In this document: one piece after another, positions 1 to 14,999 of the stretch
How positions within the stretch are numbered: position 1 is the first letter of the stretch
How the letters are laid out: the number at the start of each line of letters is the position of its first letter
From: Eledone cirrhosa
Taxonomy: Eukaryota
NCBI GenBank assembly: GCA_964016885.1
Contig: OZ024743.1
Coordinates: forward strand, 185,566,001-185,630,000
Direction: 5' to 3'
Length of the DNA: 64,000 bases
Translations under genes and position numbers: made by a program
Notes under the pieces: model-generated
The model's input: only the letters and a program-made list of their open reading frames with translations
Told to the model about the DNA's origin: nothing
Database searches by the model: none

Positions 1-3000
1 TTCTAGTATGGCATAAATGTTAACAGTGTTGTTGAGTGAGATTCTAGCATGGCATAAACGTTAACAGTGTTGGTGAGTGATATTCTAGCATGACATAAAC
101 GTTAACAGTGTTGTTGAGCGAGATTCTAGCATGGCATAAACGTTGACAGTGTTGGTGAGTGAGATTCTAGCATGGCATAAACGTTGACAGTATTGGTGAG
201 TGAGATTCTAGTATGGCATAAACGTTAACAGTGTTGTTGAGTGAGATTCTAGTATGGCATAAACGTTAACAGTGTTGTTGAGTGAGATTCTAGTATGGCA
301 TAAACGTTAACAGTGTTGGTGAGTGAGATTCTAGCATGGCATAAACCTTAACAGTGTTGGTGAGTGAGATTCTAGTATGGCATAAACGTTAACAGTGTTG
401 GTGAGTCAGATTCTAGCATGGCATAAACGTTAACAGTGTTGGTGAGTGAGATTCTAGTATGGCATAAACGTTAACAGTGTTGGTGAGTGAGATTCTAGCA
501 TGGCATAAACGTTAACAGTGTTGGTGAGTGAGATTCTAGCATGGCATAAACGTTAACAGTGTTGGTGAGTGAGATTCTAGCATGGCATAAACGTTAACAG
601 TGTTGGTGAGTGAGATTCTAGTATGGCATAAACGTTAACAGTGTTTGTGAGTGAGATTCTAGTATGGCATAAACGTTAACAGTGTTGGTGAGTGAGATTC
701 TAGTATGGCATAAACATTAACAGTGTTGTTGAGTGAGATTCTAGTATGGCATTAACGTTAACAGTGTTGGTGAGTGAGATTCTAGTATGGCATAAACGTT
801 AACAGTGTTGTTGAGTTAGATTCTAGTATGGCATACACATTAACAGTGTTGTTGAGTGAGATTCTAGCATGGCATAAACGTTAACAGTGTTGTTGAGTGA
901 GATTCTAGTATGGCATACACATTAACAGTTTTGTTGAGTGAGATTCTAGCATGGCATAAACGTTAACAATGTTGTTGAGTGAGATTCTAGTATGGCATAC
1001 ACGTTAACAGTGTTGTTGAGTGAGATTCTAGCATGACATAAACGTTAACAGTGTTGTTGAGTGAGATTCTAGTATGGCATACACATTAACAGTGTTGTTG
1101 AGTGAGATTCTAGTATGGCATAAATGTTAACAGTGTTGTTGCGTGTGATTCTAGCATGGCATAAATGCTAACAGTGTTGTTCAGTGAGATTATAGTATGG
1201 CATAAACGTTAACAGTGTTGGTGAGTGAGATTCTAGTATGGCACAAACGTTAACAGTGTTTGTGAGTGAGATTCTAACATGGCATAAACGTTAACAGTGT
1301 TGTTGACTGAGATTCTAGCATGGCATAAACGTTAACAGTGTTGTTGAGTGAGATTCTACCATGGCATAAACGTTAACAGTGTTGGTGAGTGAGATTCTAG
1401 TATGGCATAAACGTTAACAGTGTTGTTGAGTCAGATTCTAGTATGGCATACACGTTAACAGTGTTGGTGAGTGAGATTCTAGTATGGCATACACGTTAAC
1501 AGTGTTGTTGAGTGAGATTCTAGTATGGCATAAACGTTAACAGTGTTGGTGAGTGAGATTCTAGTATGGCATACACCTTAACAGTGTTGGTGAGTGAGAT
1601 TCTAGTATGGCATACACATTAACAGTGTTGTTGATTAAGATTCTAGTATGGCATAAACATTAACAGTGTTGGTGAGTGAGATTATAGTATGGCATACACG
1701 TTAACAGTGTTGGTGAGTGAGATTCTAGTATCGCATAAACGTTAACAGTGTTGGTGAGTGAGATTTTAGTATGGCATAAACGTTAACAGTGTTGGTGAGT
1801 AAGATTCTAGTATGGCATAAACGTTAACAGTGTTGGTGAGTGAGATTCTAGTATGGCATAAACGTTAACAGTGTTGGTGAGTGAGATTCTAGTATGGCAT
1901 AAACGTTAACAGTGTTGGTGAGTCAGATTCTAGCATGGCATAAACGTTAACAGTTTTGTTGAGTCAGATTCTAGTATGGCATAAACGTTAACAGTGTTGG
2001 TTAGTGAGATTCTAGTATGGCATAAACGTTAACAGTGTTGGTGAGTCAGATTCTAGCATGGCATAAACGTTAACAGTGTTGGTGAGTGAGATTCTAGTAT
2101 GGCATAAACGTTAACAGTGTTGGTGAGTGAGATTCTAGCATGGCATAAACGTTAACAGTGTTGGTGAGTGAGATTCTAGTATGGCATAAACGTTAAAAGT
2201 GTTGTTGAGTGAGATTATAGCATGGCATACACATTACCAGTGTTGTTGAGTGAGATTCTAGTATAGCATAAACGTTAAAAGTGTTGGTGAGTGAGATTCT
2301 AGTATGGCATAAACGTTAACAGTGTTGGTGAGTGAGATTCTAGTATGGCATACACATTAACAGTGTTGTTGAGTGAGATTCTAGCATGGCATAAACGTTA
2401 ACAGTGTTGGTGAGTGAGATTCTAGTATGGCATAAACGTTAACAGTGTTGGTGAGTCAGATTCTAGCATGGCATAAACGTTAACAGTGTTGGTGAGTGAG
2501 ATTCTAGTATGGCATAAACGTTAACAGTGTTGGTGAGTGAGATTCTAGCATGGCATAAACATTAACAGTGTTGGTGAGTGAGATTCTAGCATGGAATAAA
2601 CGTTAACAGTGTTGGTGAGTGAGATTCTAGTATGGCATAAACGTTAACAGTGTTGGTAAGTGAGATTCTAGCATGGCATAAACGTTAACAGTGTTGGTGA
2701 GTGAGATTCTAGCATGGCATAAACGTTAACAGTGTTGGTGAGTGAGATTCTAGCATGGCATAAACGTTAACAGTGTTGGTGAGTGAGATTCTAGTATGGC
2801 ATAAACGTTAACAGTGTTTGTGAGTGAGATTCTAGTATGGCATAAACGTTAACAGTGTTGGTGAGTGAGATTCTAGCATGGCATAAACGTTAACAGTGTT
2901 GGTGAGTGAGATTCTAGTATGGCATAAACGTTAACAGTGTTGGTGAGTGAGATTCTAGCATGGCATAAACGTTAACAGTGTTGGTGAGTGAGATTCTAGC

Positions 3001-3936
3001 ATGGCATAAACGTTAACAGTGTTGGTGAGTGAGATTCTAGTATGGCATAAACGTTAACAGTGTTGTTGAGTGAGATTCTAGCATGGCATAAACGTTAACA
3101 GTGTTGGTGAGTGAGATTCTAGCATGACATAAACGTTAACAGTGTTGGTGAGTGAGATTCTAGTATCGCATAAACGTTAACAGTGTTTGTGAGTGAGATT
3201 CTAGTATGGCATAAACGTTAACATTGTTGGTGAGTGAGATTCTAGTATGGCATAAACGTTAAAAGTGTTGTTGAGTGGGATTATAGCATGGCATACACAT
3301 TAACAGTGTTGTTGAGTGAGATTCTAGTATAGCATAAACGTTAACAGTGTTGGTGAGTGAGATTCTAGTATGGCATAAACGTTAACAGTGTTGGTGAGTG
3401 AGATTCTAGTATGGCATACACATTAACAGTGTTGTTGAGTGAGATTCTAGCATGGTATAAACGTTAACAGTGTTGTTGATTGAGATTCTAGTATGGCATA
3501 AACGTTAACAGTGTTGGTGAGTGAGATTCTAGTATGGCATAAACGTTAACAGTGTTGTTGAGTGAGATTCTAGCATGGCATAAACGTTAACAGTGTTGGT
3601 GAGTGAGATTCTAGCATGACATAAACGTTAACAGTGTTGTTGAGCGAGATTCTAGCATGGCATAAACGTTGACAGTGTTGGTGAGTGAGATTCTAGCATG
3701 GCATAAACGTTGACAGTATTGGTGAGTGAGATTCTAGTATGGCATAAACGTTAACAGTGTTGTTGAGTGAGATTCTAGTATGGCATAAACGTTAACAGTG
3801 TTGTTGAGTGAGATTCTAGTATGGCATAAACGTTAACAGTGTTGGTGAGTGAGATTCTAGCATGGCATAAACCTTAACAGTGTTGGTGAGTGAGATTCTA
3901 GTATGGCATAAACGTTAACAGAGTTGGTGAGTGAGA

Positions 3937-5900
3937 TTCTAGTATGGCATAAACGTTAACAGTGTTGTTGAGTGAGATTCTAGCATGGCATAAACGTTAA
4001 CAGTGTTGCTGAGTGAGATTCTAGTATGGCATACACATTAACAGTGTTGTTGAGTGAGATTCTAGCATGGTATAAACGTTAACAGTGTTGTTGAGTGAGA
4101 TTCTAGTATGGCATAAACGTTAACAGTGTTGGTGAGTGAGATTCTAGTATGGCATACACATTAACAGTGTTGTTGATTGAGATTCTAGTATGACATACAC
4201 ATTAACAGTGTTGTTGAGTGAGATTCTAGTATGGCATAAACGTTAACAGAGTTGGTGAGTGAGATTCTAATATGGCATAAACGTTAACAGTGTTGTTGTG
4301 TGAGATTCTAGCATGGCATAAACGTTAACAGTGTTGTTGAGTGAGATCCTAGTATGGCATAAACGTTAACAGTGTTGTTGAGTGAGATTCTAGTATGGCA
4401 TAAACGTTAACAGTGATGGTGAGTGAGATTCTAGTATGGCATAAACGTTAACAGTGTTGTTGAGTGAGATTCTAGTATGGCATAAACGTTAACAGTGTTG
4501 GTGAGTGAGATTCTAGTATGGCATAAACGTTAACAGTATTGGTGAGTGAGATTCTAGCATGGCATAAACGTTAACAGTGTTGGTGAGTCGGATCCTAGCA
4601 TGGCATAAACGTTAACAGTGTTGTTGAGTGAGATTCTAGCATGGCATAAACGTTAACAGTGTTGGTGAGTGAGATTCTAGTATCGCATAAACGTTAACAG
4701 TGTTGGTGAGTCAGATTCTAGTATGGCATAAACGTTAACAGTGTTGGTGAGTGAGATTCTAGTATGGCATAAACGTTAACAATGTTGGTGAGTGAGATTC
4801 TAGCATGGTATAAACGTTAACAGTGTGGTTGATTGAGATTCTAGTATGGCATAAACGTTAACAGTGTTGGTGAGTGAGATTCTAGTATGGCATAAACGTT
4901 AACAGTGTTGTTCAGTGAGATTCTAGCATGGCATAAACGTTAACAGTGTTGGTGAGTGAGATTCTAGCATGACATAAACGTTAACAGTGTTGTTGAGCGA
5001 GATTCTAGCATGGCATAAACCTTAACAGTGTTGGTGAGTGAGATTCTAGTATGGCATAAACGTTAACAGTGTTGTTGAGTGAGATTCTAGCATGGCATAA
5101 ACGTTAACAGTGTTGGTGAGTGAGATTCTAGTATGGCATACACATTAACAGTGTTGTTGAGTGAGATTCTAGCATGGTATAAACGTTAACAGTGTTGTTG
5201 AGTGAGATTCTAGTATGGCATAAACGTTAACAGTGTTGGTGAGTGAGATTCTAGTATGGCATACACATTAACAGTGTTGTTGATTGAGATTCTAGTATGA
5301 CATACACATTAACAGTGTTGTTGAGTGAGATTCTAGTATGGCATAAACGTTAACAGAGTTGGTGAGTGAGATTCTAATATGGCATAAACGTTAACAGTGT
5401 TGTTGTGTGAGATTCTAGCATGGCATAAACGTTAACAGTGTTGTTGAGTGAGATCCTAGTATGGCATAAACGTTAACAGTGTTGTTGAGTGAGATTCTAG
5501 TATGGCATAAACGTTAACAGTGTTGGTGAGTGAGATTCTAGTATGGCATAAACGTTAACAGTGTTGTTGAGTGAGATTCTAGTATGGCATAAACGTTAAC
5601 AGTGTTGGTGAGTGAGATTCTAGTATGGCATAAACGTTAACAGTATTGGTGAGTGAGATTCTAGCATGGCATAAACGTTAACAGTGTTGGTGAGTCGGAT
5701 CCTAGCATGGCATAAACGTTAACAGTGTTGTTGAGTGAGATTCTAGCATGGCATAAACGTTAACAGTGTTGGTGAGTGAGATTCTAGTATCGCATAAACG
5801 TTAACAGTGTTGGTGAGTCAGATTCTAGTAGGGCATAAACGTTAACAGTGTTGGTGAGTGAGATTCTAGTATGGCATAAACGTTAACAATGTTGGTGAGT
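3937..5900. repeat. Internal block duplication, offset 27 monomers (1107 bp)
   Basis: Rare variants recur 1107 bp apart: TTCTAATATGG (4265/5372), GGATCC (4590/5697), G26A 'AATGTTGG' (4781/5888). Confidence 0.85.
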
Positions 5901-6329
5901 CAGATTCTAGCATGGCATAAACTTTAACAGTGTTGTTGAGTGAGATTCTAGCATGGCATAAACGTTAACAGTGTTGGTGAGTGAGATTCTAGTATCGCAT
6001 AAACGTTAACAGTGTTGGTGAGTGAGATTCTAGTATGGCATAAACGTTAACAGTGTTGGTGAGTGAGATTCTAGTATGGCATAAAAGTTAACAGTTTTGT
6101 TGAGTCAGATTCTAGCATGGCATAAACGTTAACAGTGTTGGTGAGTGAGTTTCTAGTATGGCATAAACGTTAACAGTGTTGGTGAGTGAGATTCTAGTAT
6201 GGCATAAACGTTAACAGTTTTGTTGAGTCAGATTCTAGTATGGCATAAACGTTAACAGTGTTGGTGAGTGAGATTCTAGTATGGCATAAACGTTAACAGT
6301 GTTGGTGAGTGAGATTCTAGTATGGCATA

Positions 6330-9300
6330 AACGTTAACAGTTTTGTTGAGTCAGATTCTAGCATGGCATAAACGTTAACAGTGTTGGTGAGTGAGATTCT
6401 AGTATGGCATAAACGTTAACAGTGTTGGTGAGTGAGATTCTAGCATGGCATAAACGTTAACAGTGTTGGTGAGTGAGATTCTAGTATGGCATAAACGTTA
6501 ACAGTGTTGGTGAGTGAGATTCTAGCATGGCATAAACGTTAACAGTGTTGGTGAGTGAGATTCTAGCATGGCATAAACGTTAACAGTGTTGGTGAGTGAG
6601 ATTCTAGCATGGCATAAACGTTAACAGTGTTGGTGAGTGAGATTCTAGTATGGCATAAACGTTAACAGTGTTGGTGAGTGAGATTCTAGTATGGCATAAA
6701 CATTAACAGTGTTGTTGAGTGAGATTCTAGTATGGCATACACATTAACAGTGTTGTTGAGTGAGATTCTAGTATGGCATAAATGTTAACAGTGTTGTTGC
6801 GTGTGATTCTAGCATGGCATAAATGCTAACAGTGTTGTTCATTGAGATTATAGTATGGCATAAACGTTAACAGTGTTGGTGAGTGAGATTCTAGTATGGC
6901 ACAAACGTTAACAGTGTTTGTGAGTGAGATTCTAACATGGCATAAACGTTAACAGTGTTGTTGACTGAGATTCTAGCATGGCATAAACGTTAACAGTGTT
7001 GTTGAGTGAGATTCTAGCATGGCATAAACGTTAACAGTGTTAGTGAGTGAGATTCTAGCATGGCATAAACGTTAACAGTGTTGTTGAGTGAGATTCTAGC
7101 ATGGTATAAACGTTAACAGTGTTGTTGAGTGAGATTCTAGTATGGCATAAACGTTAACAGTGTTGGTGAGTGAGATTCTAGTATGGCATAAACGTTAACA
7201 GTGTTGTTGAGTCAGATTCTAGTATGGCATACACGTTAACAGTGTTGTTGAGTGAGATTCTAGTATGGCATAAACGTTAACAGTGTTGGTGAGTGAGATT
7301 CTAGTATGGCATACACGTTAACAGTGTTGGTGAGTGAGATTCTAGTATGGCATACACATTAACAGTGTTGTTGATTAAGATTCTAGTATGGCATACACAT
7401 TAACAGTGTTGGTGAGTGAGATTCTAGTATGGCATACACGTTAACAGTGTTGGTGAGTGAGATTCTAGTATCGCATAAACGTTAACAGTGTTGGTGAGTG
7501 AGATTCTAGTATGGCATAAACGTTAACAGTGTTGGTGAGTAAGATTCTAGTATGGCATAAACGTTAACAGTGTTGGTGAGTGAGATTCTAGTATGGCATA
7601 AACGTTAACAGTGTTGGTGAGTGAGATTCTAGTATGGCATAAACGTTAACAGTGTTGGTGAGTCAGATTCTAGCATGGCATAAACGTTAACAGTTTTGTT
7701 GAGTCAGATTCTAGTATGGCATAAACGTTAACAGTGTTGGTTAGTGAGACTCTAGTATGGCATAAACGTTAACAGTGTTGGTGAGTGAGATTCTAGTATG
7801 GCATAAACGTTAACAGTTTTGTTGAGTCAGATTCTAGCATGGCATAAACGTTAACAGTGTTGGTGAGTGAGATTCTAGTATGGCATAAACGTTAACAGTG
7901 TTGGTGAGTCAGATTCTAGCATGGCATAAACGTTAACAGTGTTGGTGAGTGAGATTCTAGTATGGCATAAACGTTAACAGTGTTGGTGAGTGAGATTCTA
8001 GCATGGCATAAACGTTAACAGTGTTGGTGAGTGAGATTCTAGCATGGCATAAACGTTAACAGTGTTGGTGAGTGAGATTCTAGTATGGCATAAACGTTAA
8101 AAGTGTTGTTGAGTGAGATTATAGCATGGCATACACATTAACAGTGTTGTTGAGTGAGTTTCTAGTATAGCATAAACGTTAACAGTGTTGGTGAGTGAGA
8201 TTCTAGTATGGCATAAACGTTAACAGTGTTGGTGAGTGAGATTCTAGTATGGCATACACATTAACAGTGTTGTTGAGTGAGATTCTAGCATGGCATAAAC
8301 GTTAACAGTGTTGGTGAGTGAGATTCTAGTATGGCATAAACGTTAACAGTGTTGGTGAGTCAGATTCCAGCATGGCATAAACGTTAACAGTGTTGGTGAG
8401 TGAGATTCTAGTATGGCATAAACGTTAACAGTGTTGGTGAGTGAGATTCTAGCATGGCATAAACATTAACAGTGTTGGTGAGTGAGATTCTAGCATGGCA
8501 TAAACGTTAACAGTGTTGGTGAGTGAGATTCTAGTATGGCATAAACGTTAACAGTGTTGGTAAGTGAGATTCTAGCATGGCATAAACGTTAACAGTGTTG
8601 GTGAGTGAGATTCTAGCATGGCATAAACGTTAACAGTGTTGGTGAGTGAGATTCTAGCATGGCATAAACGTTAACAGTGTTGGTGAGTGAGATTCTAGTA
8701 TGGCATAAACGTTAACAGTGTTTGTGAGTGAGATTCTAGTATGGCATAAACGTTAACAGTGTTGGTGAGTGAGATTCTAGTATGGCATAAACGTTAAAAG
8801 TGTTGTTGAGTGAGATTATAGCATGGCATACACATTAACAGTGTTGTTGAGTGAGATTCTAGTATAGCATAAACGTTAACAGTGTTGGTGAGTGAGATTC
8901 TAGTATGGCATAAACGTTAACAGTGTTGGTGAGTGAGATTCTAGTATGGCATACACATTAACAGTGTTGTTGAGTGAGATTCTAGCATGGTATAAACGTT
9001 AACAGTGTTGTTGAGTGAGATTCTAGTATGGCATAAACGTTAACAGTGTTGGTGAGTGAGATTCTAGTATGGCATAAACGTTAACAGTGTTGTTGAGTGA
9101 GATTCTAGCATGGCATAAACGTTAACAGTGTTGGTGAGTGAGATTCTAGTATGGCATAAACGTTAACAGTTTTGTTGAGTCAGATTCTAGCATGGCATAA
9201 ACGTTAACAGTGTTGGTGAGTGAGATTCTAGTATGGCATAAACGTTAACAGTGTTGGTGAGTCAGATTCTAGCATGGCATAAACGTTAACAGTGTTGGTG

Positions 9301-11610
9301 AGTGAGATTCTAGTATGGCATAAACGTTAACAGTGTTGGTGAGTGAGATTCTAGCATGGCATAAACGTTAACAGTGTTGGTGAGTGAGATTCTAGCATGG
9401 CATAAACGTTAACAGTGTTGGTGAGTGAGATTCTAGCATGGCATAAACGTTAACAGTGTTGGTGAGTGAGATTCTAGTATGGCATAAACGTTAACAGTGT
9501 TGGTGAGTGAGATTCTAGTATGGCATAAACATTAACAGTGTTGTTGAGTGAGATTCTAGTATGGCATACACATTAACAGTGTTGTTGAGTGAGATTCTAG
9601 TATGGCATAAATGTTAACAGTGTTGTTGCGTGTGATTCTAGCATGGCATAAATGCTAACAGTGTTGTTCAGTGAGATTATAGTATGGCATAAACGTTAAC
9701 AGTGTTGGTGAGTGAGATTCTAGTATGGCACAAACGTTAACAGTGTTTGTGAGTGAGATTCTAACATGGCATAAACGTTAACAGTGTTGTTGACTGAGAT
9801 TCTAGCATGGCATAAACGTTAACAGTGTTGTTGAGTGAGATTCTAGCATGGCATAAACGTTAACAGTGTTAGTGAGTGAGATTCTAGCATGGCATAAACG
9901 TTAACAGTGTTGTTGAGTGAGATTCTAGCATGGTATAAACGTTAACAGTGTTGTTGAGTGAGATTCTAGTATGGCATAAACGTTAACAGTGTTGGTGAGT
10001 GAGATTCTAGTATGGCATAAACGTTAACAGTGTTGTTGAGACAGATTCTAGTATGGCATACACGTTAACAGTGTTGTTGTGTGAGATTCTAGTATGGCAT
10101 AAACGTTAACAGTGTTGGTGAGTGAGATTCTAGTATGGCATACACGTTAACAGTGTTGGTGAGTGAGATTCTAGTATGGCATACACATTAACAGTGTTGT
10201 TGATTAAGATTCTAGTATGGCATACACATTAACAGTGTTGGTGAGTGAGATTCTAGTATGGCATACACGTTAACAGTGTTGGTGAGTGAGATTCTAGTAT
10301 CGCATAAACGTTAACAGTGTTGGTGAGTGAGATTCTAGTATGGCATAAAAGTTAACAGTGTTGGTGAGTAAGATTCTAGTATGGCATAAACGTTAACAGT
10401 GTTGGTGAGTGAGATTCTAGTATGGCATAAACGTTAACAGTGTTGGTGAGTGAGATTCTAGTATGGCATAAACGTTAACAGTGTTGGTGAGTCAGATTCT
10501 AGCATGGCATAAACGTTAACAGTTTTGTTGAGTCAGATTCTAGTATGGCATAAACGTTAACAGTGTTGGTTAGTGAGACTCTAGTATGGCATAAACGTTA
10601 ACAGTGTTGGTGAGTGAGATTCTAGTATGGCATAAACGTTAACAGTTTTGTTGAGTCAGATTCTAGCATGGCATAAACGTTAACAGTGTTGGTGAGTGAG
10701 ATTCTAGTATGGCATAAACGTTAACAGTGTTGGTGAGTCAGATTCTAGCATGGCATAAACGTTAACAGTGTTGGTGAGTGAGATTCTAGTATGGCATAAA
10801 CGTTAACAGTGTTGGTGAGTCAGATTCTAGCATGGCATAAACGTTAACAGTGTTGGTGAGTGAGATTCTAGTATGGCATAAACGTTAACAGTGTTGGTGA
10901 GTGAGATTCTAGCATGGCATAAACATTAACAGTGTTGGTGAGTGAGATTCTAGCATGGCATAAACGTTAACAGTGTTGGTGAGTGAGATTCTAGTATGGC
11001 ATAAACGTTAACAGTGTTGGTAAGTGAGATTCTAGCATGGCATAAACGTTAACAGTGTTGGTGAGTGAGATTCTAGCATGGCATAAACGTTAACAGTGTT
11101 GGTGAGTGAGATTCTAGCATGGCATAAACGTTAACAGTGTTGGTGAGTGAGATTCTAGTATGGCATAAACGTTAACAGTGTTTGTGAGTGAGATTCTAGT
11201 ATGGCATAAACGTTAACAGTGTTGGTGAGTGAGATTCTAGTATGGCATAAACGTTAAAAGTGTTGTTGAGTGAGATTATAGCATGGCATACACATTAACA
11301 GTGTTGTTGAGTGAGATTCTAGTATAGCATAAACGTTAACAGTGTTGGTGAGTGAGATTCTAGTATGGCATAAACGTTAACAGTGTTGGTGAGTGAGATT
11401 CTAGTATGGCATACACATTAACAGTGTTGTTGAGTGAGATTCTAGCATGGTATAAACGTTAACAGTGTTGTTGAGTGAGATTCTAGTATGGCATAAACGT
11501 TAACAGTGTTGGTGAGTGAGATTCTAGTATGGCATAAACGTTAACAGTGTTGTTGAGTGAGATTCTAGCATGGCATAAACGTTAACAGTGTTGGTGAGTG
11601 AGATTCTAGC
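6330..11610. repeat. Tandem block duplication, offset 69 monomers (2829 bp), dropping to 60 monomers after a 9-monomer gap
   Basis: GCGTGTGA at 6799/9628 and TTAGTGAGACTC at 7741/10570 (offset 2829). TAAGTGAG at 8561/11021 (offset 2460). Confidence 0.85.
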
Positions 11611-14600
11611 ATGACATAAACGTTAACAGTGTTGTTGAGCGAGATTCTAGCATGGCATAAACGTTGACAGTGTTGGTGAGTGAGATTCTAGCATGGCATA
11701 AACGTTGACAGTATTGGTGAGTGAGATTCTAGTATGGCATAAACGTTAACAGTGTTGGTGAGTGAGATTCTAGCATGGCATAAACGTTAACAGTGTTGGT
11801 GAGTGAGATTCTAGTATGGCATAAACGTTAACAGTGTTGGTGAGTGAGATTCTAGCATGGCATAAACCTTAACAGTGTTGGTGAGTGAGATTCTAGTATG
11901 GCATAAACGTTAACAGAGTTGGTGAGTGAGATTCTAGTATGGCATAAACGTTAACAGTGTTGTTGAGTGAGATTCTAGCATGGCATAAACGTTAACAGTG
12001 TTGGTGAGTGAGATTCTAGTATGGCATACACATTAACAGTGTTGTTGAGTGAGATTCTAGCATGGTATAAACGTTAACAGTGTTGTTGAGTGAGATTCTA
12101 GTATGGCATAAACGTTAACAGTGTTGGTGAGTGAGATTCTAGTATGGCATACACATTAACAGTGTTGTTGAGTGAGATTCTAGTATGACATACACATTAA
12201 CAGTGTTGTTGAGTGAGATTCTAGTATGGCATAAACGTTAACAGTGTTGTTGTGTGAGATTCTAGCATGGCATAAACGTTAACAGTGTTGTTGAGTGAGA
12301 TCCTAGTATGGCATAAACGTTAACAGTGTTGTTGAGTGAGATTCTAGTATGGCATAAACGTTAACAGTGTTGGTGAGTGAGATTCTAGTATGGGATAAAC
12401 GTTAACAGTGTTGTTGAGTGAGATTGTAGTATGGCATAAACGTTAACAATGTTGGTGAGTGAGATTCTAGTATGGCATAAACGTTAACAGTATTGGTGAG
12501 TGAGATTCTAGCATGGCATAAACGTTAACAGTGTTGGTGAGTCAGATCCTAGCATGGCATAAACGTTAACAGTGTTGTTGAGTGAGATTCTAGTATGGCA
12601 TAAACGTTAACAGTGTTGGTGAGTGAGATTCTAGTATGGCATAAACGTTAACAGTATTGGTGAGTGAGATTCTAGCATGGCATAAACGTTAACAGTGTTG
12701 GTGAGTCGGATCCTAGCATGGCATAAACGTTAACAGTGTTGTTGAGTGAGATTCTAGCATGGCATAAACGTTAACAGTGTTGGTGAGTGAGATTCTAGTA
12801 TCGCATAAACGTTAACAGTGTTGGTGAGTCAGATTCTAGTATGGCATAAACGTTAACAGTGTTGGTGAGTGAGATTCTTGTATGGCATAAACGTTAACAA
12901 TGTTGGTGAGTCAGATTCTAGCATGGCATAAACTTTAACAGTGTTGTTGAGTGAGATTCTAGCATGGCATAAACGTTAACAGTGTTGGTGAGTGAGACTC
13001 TAGTATCGCATAAACGTTAACAGTGTTGGTGAGTGAGATTCTAGTATGGCATAAACGTTAACAGTGTTGGTGAGTGAGATTCTAGTATGGCATAAAAGTT
13101 AACAGTTTTGTTGAGTCAGATTCTAGCATGGCATAAACGTTAACAGTGTTGGTGAGTGAGTTTCTAGTATGGCATAAACGTTAACAGTGTTGGTGAGTGA
13201 GATTCTAGTATGGCATAAACGTTAACAGTTTTGTTGAGTCAGATTCTAGTATGGCATAAACGTTAACAGTGTTGGTGAGTGAGATTCTAGTATGGCATAA
13301 ACGTTAACAGTGTTGGTGAGTGAGATTCTAGTATGGCATAAACGTTAACAGTGTTTGTGAGTGAGATTCTAGTATGGCATAAACGTTAACAGTTTTTGTG
13401 AGTGAGATTCTAGCATGGCATAAACGTTAACAGTGTTGGTGAGTGAGATTCTAGTATGGCATAAACGTTAACAGTGTTGGTGAGTCAGATTCTAGCATGG
13501 CATAAACGTTAACAGTGTTGGTGAGTGAGATTCTAGTATGGCATAAACGTTAACAGTGTTGGTGAGTGAGATTCTAGCATGGCATAAACGTTAACAGTGT
13601 TGGTGAGTGAGGTTCTAGCATGGCATAAACGTTAACAGTGTTGGTGAGTGAGATTCTAGCATGGCATAAACGTTAACAGTGTTGGTGAGTGAGATTCTAG
13701 TATGGCATAAACGTTAACAGTGTTGGTGAGTGAGATTCTAGTATGGCATAAACATTAACAGTGTTGTTGAGTGAGATTCTAGTATGGCATACACATTAAC
13801 AGTGTTGTTGAGTGAGATTCTAGTATGGCATAAATGTTAACAGTGTTGTTGCGTGTGATTCTAGCATGGCATAAATGCTAACAGTGTTGTTCAGTGAGAT
13901 TATAGTATGGCATAAACGTTAACAGTGTTAGTGAGTGAGATTCTAGTATGGCACAAACGTTAACAGTGTTTGTGAGTGAGATTCTAACATGGCATAAACG
14001 TTAACAGTGTTGTTGACTGAGATTCTAGCATGGCATAAACGTTAACAGTGTTGTTGAGTGAGATTCTAGCATGGCATAAACGTTAACAGTGTTAGTGAGT
14101 GAGATTCTAGCATGGCATAAACGTTAACAGTGTTGTTGAGTGAGATTCTAGCATGGTATAAACGTTAACAGTGTTGGTGAGTGAGATTCTAGTATGGCAT
14201 AAACGTTAACAGTGTTGTTGAGTCAGATTCTAGTATGGCATACACGTTAACAGTGTTGGTGAGTGAGATTCTAGTATGGCATACACGTTAACAGTGTTGT
14301 TGAGTGAGATTCTAGTATGGCATAAACGTTAACAGTGTTGGTGAGTGAGATTCTAGTATGGCATACACGTTAACAGTGTTGGTGAGTGAGATTCTAGTAT
14401 GGCATACACATTAACAGTGTTGTTGATTAAGATTCTAGTATGGCATACACATTAACAGTGTTGGTGAGTGAGATTCTAGTATGGCATACACGTTAACAGT
14501 GTTGGTGAGTGAGATTCTAGTATCGCATAAACGTTAACAGTGTTGGTGAGTGAGATTCTAGTATGGCATAAACGTTAACAGTGTTGGTGAGAAAGATTCT

Positions 14601-14999
14601 AGTATGGCATAAACGTTAACAGTGTTGGTGAGTGAGATTCTAGTATGGCATAAACGTTAACAGTGTTGGTGAGTGAGATTCTAGTATGGCATAAACGTTA
14701 ACAGTGTTGGTGAGTGAGATTCTAGCATGGCATAAACGTTAACAGTTTTGTTGAGTCAGATTCTAGTATGGCATAAACGTTAACAGTGTTGGTTAGTGAG
14801 ATTCTAGTATGGCATAAACGTTAACAGTGTTGGTGAGTGAGATTCTAGTATGGCATAAACGTTAAAATTTTGTTGAGTCAGATTCTAGCATGGCATAAAC
14901 GTTAACAGTGTTGGTGAGTGAGATTCTAGTATGGCATAAACGTTAACAGTGTCGGTGAGTCAGATTCTAGCATGGCATAAACGTTAACAGTGTTGGTGA

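Noticed and set aside
23-29. V(D)J RSS heptamer-like AACAGTG
   Set aside because: It lacks the essential CAC start, and there is no nonamer at 12 or 23 bp spacing.
4590-12713. BamHI sites at 4590, 5697 and 12708 as cloning scars
   Set aside because: They arise from point variants within in-register monomers and are shared by duplicated blocks. No vector sequence is present.
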